Below, in pieces: positions 21,082 through 31,002 of a stretch of DNA of 64,000 nt; positions within the stretch are counted from its first letter, which is position 1; each line of letters begins with the position of its first letter. Under the pieces are notes generated by a model. It ran no database searches and was not told the origin of the DNA. It worked only from the letters and a program-made list of their open reading frames with translations. Source of the DNA: an uncultured Acidobacteriota bacterium. GTDB taxonomy: Bacteria; Acidobacteriota; Thermoanaerobaculia; Multivoradales; UBA5704. Made by a program: the position numbers and the translations under genes. The stretch is from positions 32,001-96,000 of the forward strand of contig CAVYRF010000001.1 in NCBI GenBank assembly GCA_963770895.1. Direction: 5' to 3'.

Positions 21082-21708
21082 CTATGGGTGCTGGGGCGGC
21101 TGGGTTGGGGGGGTGCCGTGGTCGAGAACGGCCATCTGGGTGTCCACGCAATGTTGGAAGCCGTCGCGGTCCAGGACGAACATCTGGGTGCAGCCGGCGA
21201 GGATGCGCTGGTAGGCGGCTTCTCGCCGCAGGCGCTGCTGGTTGGTGAGCGTGCGCGCCTTGGGGTCTTGGCTTGCCGTGCTGCCGGTCGCGGCGGTGGC
21301 ATGGGGTGCCGCGGCAGCGGAGTTTGCCGCCGAGGGCACCGCGCCGCCGGCGCCACCTGGAACCGGGATCGCTCTGTTGGCCGTGGGCGGAGGAGCGTTG
21401 GACCTGACGGGCCAGATCTGCCGGCCGCTCATCGGCGTCACGCCGTCGGCGACGGGGATGGTGGTGATGCGCAGGTTGTTGCCGTTGATGCGCTTACAGG
21501 CGGCGGAATCGACGACGCTGGTCGAGACGGTGGTGGTCTTGCCGCTGACCTCGTGCACGGTCAGCAGGTCGCCCTTGAGCACCCAGGGCCCGTCGGTCTG
21601 GATCTTTTTGCCGCCGGTGAGGATCAAGACTTCGGCGGCGGCCGGCAAGCCGGCGCCGGCGCCCAGCAGGACGGCAAGCGCGACAGCGGCAACGGCTGAG
21701 CGAGTCAT
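21082..21708 (-). CDS. Secreted hypothetical protein
   Basis: Signal peptide ending AAA-E; low-complexity linker; paired Cys. Confidence 0.7.
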   Translation of the reverse strand: MTRSAVAAVALAVLLGAGAGLPAAAEVLILTGGKKIQTDGPWVLKGDLLTVHEVSGKTTTVSTSVVDSAACKRINGNNLRITTIPVADGVTPMSGRQIWPVRSNAPPPTANRAIPVPGGAGGAVPSAANSAAAAPHATAATGSTASQDPKARTLTNQQRLRREAAYQRILAGCTQMFVLDRDGFQHCVDTQMAVLDHGTPPTQPPQHP

Positions 21709-21926
21709 GGCGACAGTGGTATCTTAACCGCGTTGGCGCGCCAGCGCCAACCTGACGGCACGACGCCGCCACGCCGCCCAGAGCGAGCCAGGCGGCATGG
21801 ATTCATCCGATACCAGCCCTGGCAGCCGGCCTGCCGCGCCCTTTCTTCGGTACAGTCCACTCAAAGACCCCGACGGCAAGGAACATCCCGGATTTGCGAT
21901 CAGCTGCTGCGGCGACTCGTGCCTTC

Positions 21927-22361
21927 ATGGCGGGTGTGGCGAGGGGCTCGCTGTACCTATGGGTGGGGCCGACCACCGTGCTCGGGTTGGCGGTGGCCGG
22001 GCTCAGCTGGGCGACCGGCGGCAGCATGGCGTGGGTCGCCGGCGTCCTGGAGGTGTGGGGCGGCGCTGCCCGCGTCGTGCTGCAGATGGCCAACTCGCGC
22101 GCCATGACCCTGGGGCATGTCGTCCTGGGGCGGGATCGCTTTGCGTTGCGGGTCACCCGCGCCCACGAACGCGCCCACGTGCGGCAGGCCGAGCATTGGG
22201 GGCCGCTGTTCATCCCCGCCTACCTGGCGGCGAGCGTGTGGGCGGCGTTGCGAGGCGAAAACTACTATCACGGCAACTGGTTCGAGATCGACGCCGAGCG
22301 CCGGGCCGCATTGGGCGACCCGGCGGAACGGCGGTCGTCGGCGGACCGGCGCAATCCTTGA
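21927..22361 (+). CDS. Small HExxH-containing hypothetical protein
   Basis: AMTLGHVVLG...HERAHVRQ...WGPLFIPAY...NWFEIDA pattern. Confidence 0.75.
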   Translation: MAGVARGSLYLWVGPTTVLGLAVAGLSWATGGSMAWVAGVLEVWGGAARVVLQMANSRAMTLGHVVLGRDRFALRVTRAHERAHVRQAEHWGPLFIPAYLAASVWAALRGENYYHGNWFEIDAERRAALGDPAERRSSADRRNP

Positions 22362-22422
22362 CGGCGGCCCTCCTGGCGGCTGAACGTTGCCGCGGTGAGG
22401 ACCGCCGCTCCCGGAGTGTGGT

Positions 22423-23901
22423 TTAGCGACGGCCGCCCGGACGGTGCTCACCGCCGCCTTCGTGGTTGGCCTTGGGCGGTGGTGCGTTGTGGGCGGCTTG
22501 TGCGTGCTGCTGGGGCGGCGGCGCCTGGTGGTGCTGGGCTGCTGCCGCCTGCGGCGCACGGTGCTCGCTGCTGGGCGGCGCCGACCGGTGTTGCTCGCCG
22601 CCGGTGGCCGGCGCACGGTGGTTTGCCGTGGCGGCGGGAGGAGGCGTGTGCTGATGGGTCACCGCGGTCTGCCGCTGGTGGCTGGCCGAGGCTTGGCGCT
22701 GCCGGCTGGCCGCCGCCGCTGCTTGATGCTGGCGGTTGGCCGTCGCCTGGTGCTGGCGATTGAGCGCCGCCTGGCGCTCCTGGCTGGCTGCCGCTGCATG
22801 CTCGCGGCTGGCCGTGGCCTGGCGCTCCTGGCTGGCGTGGGCTGTCGACGCCGCCGCTTGGCGATGGGCCTCGGTTGCCGGCGGGTGGTGCTCGCTGCGG
22901 GCGGTGGCCGGCGGAGCATGGTGGACGACGGCGTTCTGGTGCACGGCGCGGCTCGCAGGGGCCGGTGCCGAGCGGTGTTCCGCCGCCAACGCACTGGCGC
23001 GGCGGTCAGCCGGTTGGCCCTGTGCGACCACGGCGCGGTGCGCCTCGGCGGGTGAGGAAACGACCGACCGCGGCGCCACTTCGCGCGGGGTCGGCGTGTT
23101 GGCACGGCGTTCGATCGCCGGGTGGAACATCGCCAGCGAGTTGCCGCTCAAGCGCCCGGCCCGGTTGGCCTCATTCAGGTTGGCAAGCCGGTACTGGTGA
23201 ACGCTCTGGCCGGTGAAGCGCTGGACGTTCGCCACCTGCAGGCTACGATTGAACATCTGGTGGTTGACCACCGAGTAGTTGGTGATGTTGGTGGTGCCGT
23301 GGAAGATCGCCACGTTGCGCGCCGACGGCACGATGAAGCCGCCGACGTTCGCCGCCAGGAAGGAGCGCTCGGGGACGAAGCAATAGCTGGCGGGGGCGAT
23401 CCCTACGCCGAGGTTGAAACCTCCCAGCTCAAGCCCTACGCTCGCGTTCCAACCCACGGCGGGAGGCAGCGGCGCCCATCCCAGGTAGCCGCCGCCCTGT
23501 TGCCAGGAAACCCACGACGGACCCCAATCGGTGCCCGGCACCCAGCCCCACCCGTAGTCGGGGTCGTCATACCAACGGCCGTAGTGATAGGTCGCCCAGC
23601 CCCACGGCTCGGAAGCCGCCGCGTCCCAGGTCCAGCCGTAATCGGTGTAGACCCAACGTCCCGCGCTGTACGGCCGCCATGCGGCGTTCACCTGGCCGGG
23701 CAACCAGACCCAGCCATAGTTCGGACGCTGCGCCCAATGACCATAGGGCGACAGGTGATTGTAGAAGAAATCCACGCCCACCGGGCCGCCGACGGAAGCG
23801 CCGACAGCCACGGCGACCGCGGCATGCGCGGCCGGTGCGACCGCGGCGCTCGCGACGCCGGCCAACAGCAGGACGAAGCACGCTGATCGTAAGGTTTTCA
23901 T
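22423..23901 (-). CDS. Secreted DUF6600-like protein with Ala/His/Gln/Arg-rich tail
   Basis: GAGG RBS; signal peptide; FYNHLSPYGHW...WRPY..GRWVYTDYGW..EPWGWATYHYGRW...GWAPLPP. Confidence 0.85.
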   Translation of the reverse strand: MKTLRSACFVLLLAGVASAAVAPAAHAAVAVAVGASVGGPVGVDFFYNHLSPYGHWAQRPNYGWVWLPGQVNAAWRPYSAGRWVYTDYGWTWDAAASEPWGWATYHYGRWYDDPDYGWGWVPGTDWGPSWVSWQQGGGYLGWAPLPPAVGWNASVGLELGGFNLGVGIAPASYCFVPERSFLAANVGGFIVPSARNVAIFHGTTNITNYSVVNHQMFNRSLQVANVQRFTGQSVHQYRLANLNEANRAGRLSGNSLAMFHPAIERRANTPTPREVAPRSVVSSPAEAHRAVVAQGQPADRRASALAAEHRSAPAPASRAVHQNAVVHHAPPATARSEHHPPATEAHRQAAASTAHASQERQATASREHAAAASQERQAALNRQHQATANRQHQAAAAASRQRQASASHQRQTAVTHQHTPPPAATANHRAPATGGEQHRSAPPSSEHRAPQAAAAQHHQAPPPQQHAQAAHNAPPPKANHEGGGEHRPGGRR

Positions 23902-24335
23902 TCGACACCTCGCTTCCTGGCGCCGGCCGCGAACCGCGCCGGCGTCACCCTACGTCAGGAGCAAGATGTGTGCCCGCGATGCAATGTCAAGCACTTACGC
24001 AGGGTTCATCGGTGCTCAGGCAGAGGTGGTGGAGCGCTCCAGGAAGCCATCGCCGATCCGGCTGGCGAGAGCGAGCCCGGCGCTACGGATTCTGGTGGGG
24101 CGGGCCGGTTCAGAGTTTGGCGGCCAGGGCTCGAAATGCGGTATCCACGTTAGCGTCGCTCCGGCAGGCGGAGGCGGATCTTGCCCGCGATCCGGCGCGG
24201 CGGCTGCGCGTATTGCATAACCAGGCGTTGCCTGCGCGCCGGCGCCGGGGCGGCCCACCGGCATGTCGCGCTGAGGTACGGATTGAGCGGCTGCAGCGCA
24301 GCCGCTCACGGCCTCGGTGAACGAGGGCCGCTGAA

Positions 24336-24890
24336 TCAATGCGGCGGCGGCGGAACTGCGCCGTTGCGCGGCGGCGGCGGCAGGGCGCCGGGGACCGGGT
24401 GGGATTCGCTGAGCTCTTCGAAAATCTTCCAACTTCCCGACGCGTCCGGTCCCACCAGCAGCTCGACCGGGCTGACCGCCTTTTGCAGCGCGGCATAGCG
24501 CGTGGCTTTGATGCGCACCTTTTCGCCTTCGCGCAGATAGGTCACCGCGCTGTAATAGTTGAGGTCCGTCTTGGTCTGTTTTGCCTGCGCCAGGGCGCGC
24601 TGCAACAAAGTTTTATATTGCGCCCCCGAAAAGGTGCGGACGATCGGCGGCCGGCCGGCGACCAGCAGGCGGCTTTCGATATGCGCCGAGTTGGAATACA
24701 GATTGATCAGTGCGGGATCGAAAGCGTGCTCGAGGTCGACGTAGCGATTGAACAGCGCTTCGGCATTTTTCCTGGCGCTGCCGGTCGCTTCGGGCAGTGC
24801 GCCGCCGGTGGCCGCCCCCGCCGGCAGGGCCGCCAACACCAAGCCGGCCGCCATGGCGCACCAAGCGAGCCGAACTAGAGATCGTGGCAT
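24336..24890 (-). CDS. Secreted hypothetical protein (possible NTF2-like fold)
   Basis: Signal peptide; FNRYVDLEHAFDPALINLYS...GSWKIFEELSES. Confidence 0.65.
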   Translation of the reverse strand: MPRSLVRLAWCAMAAGLVLAALPAGAATGGALPEATGSARKNAEALFNRYVDLEHAFDPALINLYSNSAHIESRLLVAGRPPIVRTFSGAQYKTLLQRALAQAKQTKTDLNYYSAVTYLREGEKVRIKATRYAALQKAVSPVELLVGPDASGSWKIFEELSESHPVPGALPPPPRNGAVPPPPH

Positions 24891-25098
24891 GTGTGCTCTC
24901 TCCTTCCCCGTGTGCAGCCCGCGTCAGCGATCCAGGCTGGAAGCCCCATATCCTAGCCTCTGGCGGCGTCCGACGGAAGCCTGGCCCTTCGGCGTGTCTT
25001 CCTTGCTGCCCGCCCCGGCCGGTGCGGAGCGTCGCCAGGCTGCACGGCCGCCAAGCCGGGCGAGCTTGCCTGATTAATGAGTCTGCGACGTAGACCTA

Positions 25099-25128
25099 TT
25101 GACGCAGCAGATTAGTCTTGCGTATACT
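25099..25128 (+). promoter_or_regulatory. Putative sigma70 promoter
   Basis: TTGACG-18 bp-TATACT in an AT-rich patch upstream of ATG 25198. Confidence 0.55.
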
Positions 25129-25197
25129 TTCCGAATCGCTGCCGCCCCGCCCGCTCGGGAGGCGGCGCCGTGGGCGACCGCTGCCGTGGGAGAGACG

Positions 25198-25860
25198 ATG
25201 AAGCCGCTCGATCCGCAACATATCCGCTTCGTGACGCGCCGCTTTGGCGACCTGCAGGGGCTCAAGCATGCCCCGCTCATGCTGTACAGCCTGCCCTGGT
25301 GTCTGCTGGGCGTGCGCGGGCCTTGGAACGTCGCAGGACTATTGCTGTCCGTGGTGTCGATCGTGCTCCAGCCCTTCCTTGTCGCACGTGCCAAAGCGTA
25401 CTACAAGGCGAGGATAGGGCAGGTCATCGCCACGCCCATGCTGCCCACCTACCAGCTGTCGGTGTTCAGCCCCGGCGGCGCCATCTCCGGCATCCAGCAG
25501 GACCTACGGTTCCGCTGGATCTTCCTGGGGGGGTATATCTCGGTGATCGCTCTCAGCATCTGGATGGCGCGTTCCCATGCGGTGAAGACGTTGGCTGCGG
25601 TGGCCTATCTGTTCGACGGCACGGCGCTGATCGCCATATGGTTGACCAGGCGGGAGCACCGGCTTTCGCAGCTGCACTATGCGATCGTCGGAACGCTGAG
25701 CGTGGCTTTGGCCTGGTGCGCCAACGTTGGGGCCTGGCCCAACTCGCTGGGCCAGGTTCACAACGCCATCAGTATCATCGGCTGCTTCGGCCTGGTCTGC
25801 TGCCTCCTCGACCACCGCGAGCTGATGAACACCTTCGGCTGGCCGTCGCCTGAGCCGTAG
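25198..25860 (+). CDS. Multi-pass membrane hypothetical protein
   Basis: GGGAG RBS; about six hydrophobic segments. Confidence 0.7.
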   Translation: MKPLDPQHIRFVTRRFGDLQGLKHAPLMLYSLPWCLLGVRGPWNVAGLLLSVVSIVLQPFLVARAKAYYKARIGQVIATPMLPTYQLSVFSPGGAISGIQQDLRFRWIFLGGYISVIALSIWMARSHAVKTLAAVAYLFDGTALIAIWLTRREHRLSQLHYAIVGTLSVALAWCANVGAWPNSLGQVHNAISIIGCFGLVCCLLDHRELMNTFGWPSPEP

Positions 25861-25889
25861 CGCGTCCCCACGTCCGGCGGCGCGGCGGG

Positions 25890-27947
25890 TCAGGGCGGGC
25901 CGAAGGTGCCGTTGGCCTTGGCTTCGTCGATCTCCTGAGCCAGGAAGCTGCGATCGTAGGACAGGGTGACGTCGGTGACGTGGCCCGCGGAATCCTTTTG
26001 CAGGTGCAGGGCGGGAAAGACGCCGGCCCAGCTGGTGGGGCGTTGCAGGCGCTTGTAGCGGGCGATCACGTCGTCGCGGACGGCGGGATCGAAATGGATG
26101 CCGTACTTGTCCACCAGCGCCTTGATGGCGGCATAGTCGCCGGTGGCCTTGATGCGCATGATCTCGGCCAGGAGCTTGCCGACGGCGGCGTGGGCGCGGT
26201 CGTAGTCCTTGACTTCGATGTACCAGTGGCCGTCGCGCTGGATACGCGCCAGGGCGCCGGCGTCGATCAGGTAGTTGGCGATCAGCAGGCGGTCGCGGTC
26301 GTGGTCCTCTTCGGCGCTGTCGCCGGTCGGATAGTGGCTGAGCGCGGTGATGCCGGCGCGCGCCATGTTGCGGTACATCTCGTGCGCCACTTCGGTGGTG
26401 TCCCGGATGCCCAGCTCAGCCAGCTTGGGATCGGTGACGTTCCAATAGGCCACCAGGTCGGCGCGCGCTTCCTCCAGCGTCGAGTAGTACTCACGCAGGT
26501 AGGTTGAAGGATCCTTGGGCACCACGACCTTGCCCGAGCCGTGGCCGATGACCTCGTGCATGGCGGTCAGCAGGTCGCTGGCAGTCTTGCCGTAGCGATC
26601 GAACAGCTGGGCTTCGTCCCGGTTGGGGCAGAACTCGATAGCCAGATAGCGGTTGGTCACCTCATTGAAAGCGTTCATCGACGAGGTGAGCAGTACGCTC
26701 TTGGTGCCGTACTGCTCGCGGAAGTCCTGCTCGTTCGGCAGGTTGTCGCCGATGGTGCCGACCGAAAAGTCGCCGGTTGCGATCACGGTTTCGATCGCCC
26801 TGCCGACCGGCGGCTTGACGTCGAGCTTTTTGAAGCGGTCTTCCCAGGGAGCCCGGCGCTCGAAGTAGGGGGCGTTGGCCGCCAGCTCGTGCATCAACGG
26901 ATCCAGCCGCTGGTCGGTGATCGCCACCAGCATCTGTGCCGAGCCCTTGACGCCCCGCGCGTCGTGGTACACCTCGATGAAACCCGAGGCCAGGTCGACG
27001 GGAGGGTTGGTGCGCACCCAGAGAACGTTGAAATCGCGCCAGTCGTTGAGATCTCCCGTCTGGTAGAAGCGGACCAGTGCGCGCAGAGTCTGCGCCTGGG
27101 CGGTCTCGGCATGGGTCGCCGCCTCTTCCAGCTCGCGGTTGACCGCCGCCAGCTGGCGCGCGTACATGCCGGGCGGCACCTTGCCGTCCGGCGTACCGGC
27201 GCGCCAGACCTCTTCGACCAGGCGGCCGTCGCGCTTGACCAGGCGGGAGTCCAGGCCGTAGCGCTCGGTGAAGCCCGCCAGGTCGGCCATGCTGACGCCC
27301 TGGTAGTAGTTGTTGCCGGACGCGGTCAGGATGTCGGCGGGCGGCGTCGGGTGCTTGGCGGTGACCGACGGCTGGTAGGCGGGGTCGAACAGCGGCTCCC
27401 GCAGCTCGCGCAGGGTGGCCGCCAGCGTGTCCGCGGCGCCCAGCGGAGCGCCCGCCGTCCGCGCCTGGGCGGCCGCCGCCGCCAGCTGGTCGTACGAGAA
27501 CGCCGGCTGGATCTTGTTGCCGGTCAGGTTGTCGTGGTTGCCCTTGTTGGCCAAGAACACCTTGGCATAGGCGACGATCGCGTCGCGTGAATCCGCCGGC
27601 AGGCGCCGCGGGTCTTCGACGAGCGCCGTCAGCAGCTGCTTGGCGGCCAACCCGTAGGTCGACATCTGGTCGTAAAAGATCGGGTCGAGCTGGATCGCCG
27701 CCTGCGCCAGGTGGTAGGCGACCAGCTTTTGCGCCAGCGGCAGGGCCGCAAAGCTGGGCGCCCGCACGACGATAAATCCGGTGCTGCCGACCTGGTCCAC
27801 CAGGGGCGAGGCGTGCCGCTCGGTGTTTGGGGCGCCGGGCGCGTTGGCAGCGCCGGGCCCGCCGGCGGGCGCCGGCTGGGCGCCGGACAGGCCGGGAAGC
27901 AGGGCGGTCAGACAGCACAAAGCGACAAGCCGCAAGGTTGATCTCAT
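25890..27947 (-). CDS. Peptidase M49 (dipeptidyl-peptidase III family), exported
   Basis: HEVIGHGSG zinc motif and EEARADLV motif; signal peptide. Confidence 0.92.
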   Translation of the reverse strand: MRSTLRLVALCCLTALLPGLSGAQPAPAGGPGAANAPGAPNTERHASPLVDQVGSTGFIVVRAPSFAALPLAQKLVAYHLAQAAIQLDPIFYDQMSTYGLAAKQLLTALVEDPRRLPADSRDAIVAYAKVFLANKGNHDNLTGNKIQPAFSYDQLAAAAAQARTAGAPLGAADTLAATLRELREPLFDPAYQPSVTAKHPTPPADILTASGNNYYQGVSMADLAGFTERYGLDSRLVKRDGRLVEEVWRAGTPDGKVPPGMYARQLAAVNRELEEAATHAETAQAQTLRALVRFYQTGDLNDWRDFNVLWVRTNPPVDLASGFIEVYHDARGVKGSAQMLVAITDQRLDPLMHELAANAPYFERRAPWEDRFKKLDVKPPVGRAIETVIATGDFSVGTIGDNLPNEQDFREQYGTKSVLLTSSMNAFNEVTNRYLAIEFCPNRDEAQLFDRYGKTASDLLTAMHEVIGHGSGKVVVPKDPSTYLREYYSTLEEARADLVAYWNVTDPKLAELGIRDTTEVAHEMYRNMARAGITALSHYPTGDSAEEDHDRDRLLIANYLIDAGALARIQRDGHWYIEVKDYDRAHAAVGKLLAEIMRIKATGDYAAIKALVDKYGIHFDPAVRDDVIARYKRLQRPTSWAGVFPALHLQKDSAGHVTDVTLSYDRSFLAQEIDEAKANGTFGPP

Positions 27948-28010
27948 CGTTCCAGGCTCCTTTGGACGCGCCACGCGCAGGGCGCATCTTACTGCGCAAA
28001 CGGCCGAATA

Positions 28011-29630
28011 CTAAGGAGCCGGGGCGTGGCGGGCGAGGATCGCGTCCAGGTCGAGCCCCGGCGGCAGCGTGCCGAAGGCGAGGCCGCGCTGGTCCAGGCG
28101 GCTGGCGCACCAGGCGTCGGCGACCGCGGCGGGGGCGTGGCGCACCAGCAGGGAGGCCTGCAGCGCCGTGGCCAGGCTTTCCACCAGCCGGCGGGCTGCC
28201 GGCTCCCAGGCGGCGTCGCGCCGCGCCAGGTCCTGGCGCAGGCGCCGCGTCCAGGCGTCCAGGCGGCGGTCGGCGCCGCGCGCCGCCTCGATCTCGCCGA
28301 GCAGGGCGTCCAGCGATTCGGGCGCGCGCTCGATCGCGCGCAGCACGTCCAGGCATTGGATGTTGCCGGAGCCTTCCCAGATGCCGTTGAGCGGCGCTTC
28401 GCGGTAGAGGCGCGCCAATCCCCACTCCTCGACGTAGCCGTTGCCGCCCAGGCATTCCAGCGCTTCCGCGGCGAGCGGCGCGGCGCGCTTCGCGATCCAG
28501 TACTTGAGCACCGCGGTGGCCAGCCGTCGCAGCGGCAGGTCGCCTTCGTCGTAGGCCCGCGCCAGGCGCATCACGGCGGCGGTCGCCGCTTCCGATTCGA
28601 TCGCCAGGTCGGCCAGGACGTTGGTCATCAGCGGCTGCTCGATCAGCAGACGGCCGAAGGCGCGGCGGTGGCGGGCGTGGTGGATGGCCAGCGCCGTCGC
28701 CTGGCGCATCAGGGCGGCCGAACCGAGGGCACAGTCCAGGCGGGTATGGTTCACCATCTGGAGGATGGTCTGCACGCCGCGGCCCGGGTCGCCCACCCGG
28801 CGCGCCCAGGCGGCGTCCAGCTCCACCTCGCTGGAGGCATTGGAGCGATTGCCCAGCTTGTCCTTCAGCCGTTGCAGATGGAACCGGTTGCGCGTGCCGC
28901 CGGGGGTGAAGCGCGGCAGCAGGAAGCAGGTCAGCCCCTCCGCCGCCTGCGCCAGGACCAGGAAGGCGTCGCACATCGGTGCCGAGCAGAACCACTTGTG
29001 CCCGGTGATCTCGTACTCGCCGGCCGCCCCGGCGGAACGCGCCTGCGTGGTGTTGGCCCGCACGTCGGAGCCGCCCTGCTTTTCGGTCATCGCCATGCCA
29101 CAGAGGGCGCCCGCTTTATCGCTCGCCGGCACCAGGCGGGGATCGTAGGCGGTGGCGGTCAGGCGCGGCAGCCACTCCGCGGCCAGCTCCGGTTCGGCCT
29201 GGAGGGCGGCCACCGCGGAGTAGGTCATCGACAGCGGGCAGCCGACGCCGGCTTCGACCTGCGCCAGCAGCATGAACTTGGCGGCGCGCGCCACGTGCGC
29301 GCCGGGCCGTCCCTGGTGGGGCGCGCGCCAGGGCAGGCTGTGCAGCCCGTGCTCGATGCCGAGCCCCAGCAGGGCGTGCCACGCGGGATGAAAGTCCACT
29401 TCGTCGATGCGCCGGCCGGCGCGGTCGTGGGTGCGCAGGACGGGCGGCGCGGCATTGGCCGCAAAGCCCCAGGCGATCGTGTCGCGGCGGCCGGCGGTGG
29501 CGCCGAAGGCGCTCACTTCCGCGGCGGCCCAGCCCGCCCCTTCGCGCTCCAGCGCCTCGACCAGCGCCTGGTGGCCGGTGAAGAGGTTGACGTCTTCGAG
29601 CGGTGGCGACTGGTTGAAGACCTGGTGCAT
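28011..29630 (-). CDS. aidB: AidB-like acyl-CoA dehydrogenase
   Basis: HQVFNQSPPL start; GMAMTEKQGGSDVRANTT, QRLKDKLGNRSNASSEVE and REAPLNGIWEGSGN motifs. Confidence 0.9.
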   Translation of the reverse strand: MHQVFNQSPPLEDVNLFTGHQALVEALEREGAGWAAAEVSAFGATAGRRDTIAWGFAANAAPPVLRTHDRAGRRIDEVDFHPAWHALLGLGIEHGLHSLPWRAPHQGRPGAHVARAAKFMLLAQVEAGVGCPLSMTYSAVAALQAEPELAAEWLPRLTATAYDPRLVPASDKAGALCGMAMTEKQGGSDVRANTTQARSAGAAGEYEITGHKWFCSAPMCDAFLVLAQAAEGLTCFLLPRFTPGGTRNRFHLQRLKDKLGNRSNASSEVELDAAWARRVGDPGRGVQTILQMVNHTRLDCALGSAALMRQATALAIHHARHRRAFGRLLIEQPLMTNVLADLAIESEAATAAVMRLARAYDEGDLPLRRLATAVLKYWIAKRAAPLAAEALECLGGNGYVEEWGLARLYREAPLNGIWEGSGNIQCLDVLRAIERAPESLDALLGEIEAARGADRRLDAWTRRLRQDLARRDAAWEPAARRLVESLATALQASLLVRHAPAAVADAWCASRLDQRGLAFGTLPPGLDLDAILARHAPAP

Positions 29631-29712
29631 GGAGGCGGTCGGGCTGGCGGCGCCGGGATCCTGGGCTGCGTTGCTGGGGCTGGGCTGGAGCAGCGCCGGC
29701 TCCAGACCGGTT

Positions 29713-30876
29713 CTAGAGGAGCGCGGCGACCTGCTCGCCGACGAAATAGCCGATGACGGCGACGCCCATGCCGACCACGAACATGTCGAACCCGGAGCGG
29801 AACAGCCCGCGCCCGGTGAAGACCGAGCGCGCGGCCCCCACCAGAAAGTGCGACAGCATGGCGGCGGTGAGCGAGGTGACGATGGCGGTCCGTCCGTGCA
29901 CGAAAAAGAAGGGCAGCACCGGGATGATGGCGCCCACCGCGGTCGCCGCGCCGGTGGTCCACCCCTCGCGCAGCGGCGAGCTGGTCTGCTCGCCGATCTT
30001 CAGCTCTTCGCGCACCTGCTCTTCGAGCATGCGCCGGGGATCGGCCATGACCTCTGTCGCCAGGCGGTATGCCTCCTCCTTGGGCATGCCCTTGAGTTCG
30101 TAGATCAGCGCCAGCTCGTCGCGCTCGGTTTCGGGCATCAGCTCGACTTCGGCGCGCTCCATGGCGATCTCGTGCTGGTGCACCTCCTGCTCGCTCTTGG
30201 CCGCCAGGTACCCGCTCGCCCCCATCGACAGCGCGTCGGCGATCAGGCCGGCGACGCCGGCCACCACGACCGTGCGGACCTGCGCCGCCGCGGTGGCGCC
30301 CAGCACCCCGGCGACCAGCCCGAAGTTGGCGGTCAGCCCGTCGTTGAACCCGTACACCACGTTGCGCAGGAAGCCGCTCGATCCGGTGCGGTGCCAGGGC
30401 TCGCCGCCGCCGCCGCTGATCTCGCCCAAGGTGGTGGCATGCTCGGCGGATTCCTTGGCCAGCAGCAGCGCTTCCGGCCTGCCCTCGGCACCGGGAGCCA
30501 GGGTGCGGTGCATTTCAAGATACGCGCGCACCTCGCGCCCCTCTTCCGCCAGCAGCAGCGGCAAGAGCGCCCGCGGTCCCATCACCCGCCCCAGCAACGC
30601 CAGCAGCCGCGCCCGCGCGCCGGGGCGGAACCGCGGCACGGGTCTGCCGTTGTGCACCAGCAGCTCGCCCCAGATCTTGGTGTGGCGTTCTTCGACATGC
30701 GCCAGCCGATCGTACAGATCCCGCTTGCGCGGATCGCTTTCCGCCGCCGCCAGCAGGCGATACAGGAACGCCGCCTCCGCCTCGTCCTGCCAATGGTGGG
30801 CGAACTGATCGAGGTCGACGCCTCGCGTTGGTGACGAAGCCGGCGCGGCTGGCGCCTCTGGAGGAGCAACGGTCAT
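29713..30876 (-). CDS. VIT1/CCC1 transporter with N-terminal rubrerythrin/ferritin-like domain (MbfA-like iron exporter)
   Basis: N-terminal DE...Y...EERH / EE..E...ESAEH iron ligands; FLRNVVYGFNDGL and SMGASGYLAAKSE VIT1 motifs. Confidence 0.88.
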   Translation of the reverse strand: MTVAPPEAPAAPASSPTRGVDLDQFAHHWQDEAEAAFLYRLLAAAESDPRKRDLYDRLAHVEERHTKIWGELLVHNGRPVPRFRPGARARLLALLGRVMGPRALLPLLLAEEGREVRAYLEMHRTLAPGAEGRPEALLLAKESAEHATTLGEISGGGGEPWHRTGSSGFLRNVVYGFNDGLTANFGLVAGVLGATAAAQVRTVVVAGVAGLIADALSMGASGYLAAKSEQEVHQHEIAMERAEVELMPETERDELALIYELKGMPKEEAYRLATEVMADPRRMLEEQVREELKIGEQTSSPLREGWTTGAATAVGAIIPVLPFFFVHGRTAIVTSLTAAMLSHFLVGAARSVFTGRGLFRSGFDMFVVGMGVAVIGYFVGEQVAALL

Positions 30877-31002
30877 GGCTGAACGCCGCCAGAATAGCCG
30901 CCGCCCAGGCGGCCGTCAAACCCTCACCTTCAGCCCAGATGGGAGCGGCCGCGAGGACGGTGCCGGGTTCGCGTGCGGCGGACGCTGGCGGCACAAAACG
31001 TC

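Noticed and set aside
22430-23050. Short repeats (ASQERQA, NRQHQA) in the DUF6600-like gene as a DNA repeat element
   Set aside because: They are in-frame low-complexity protein tail repeats, common in this family.
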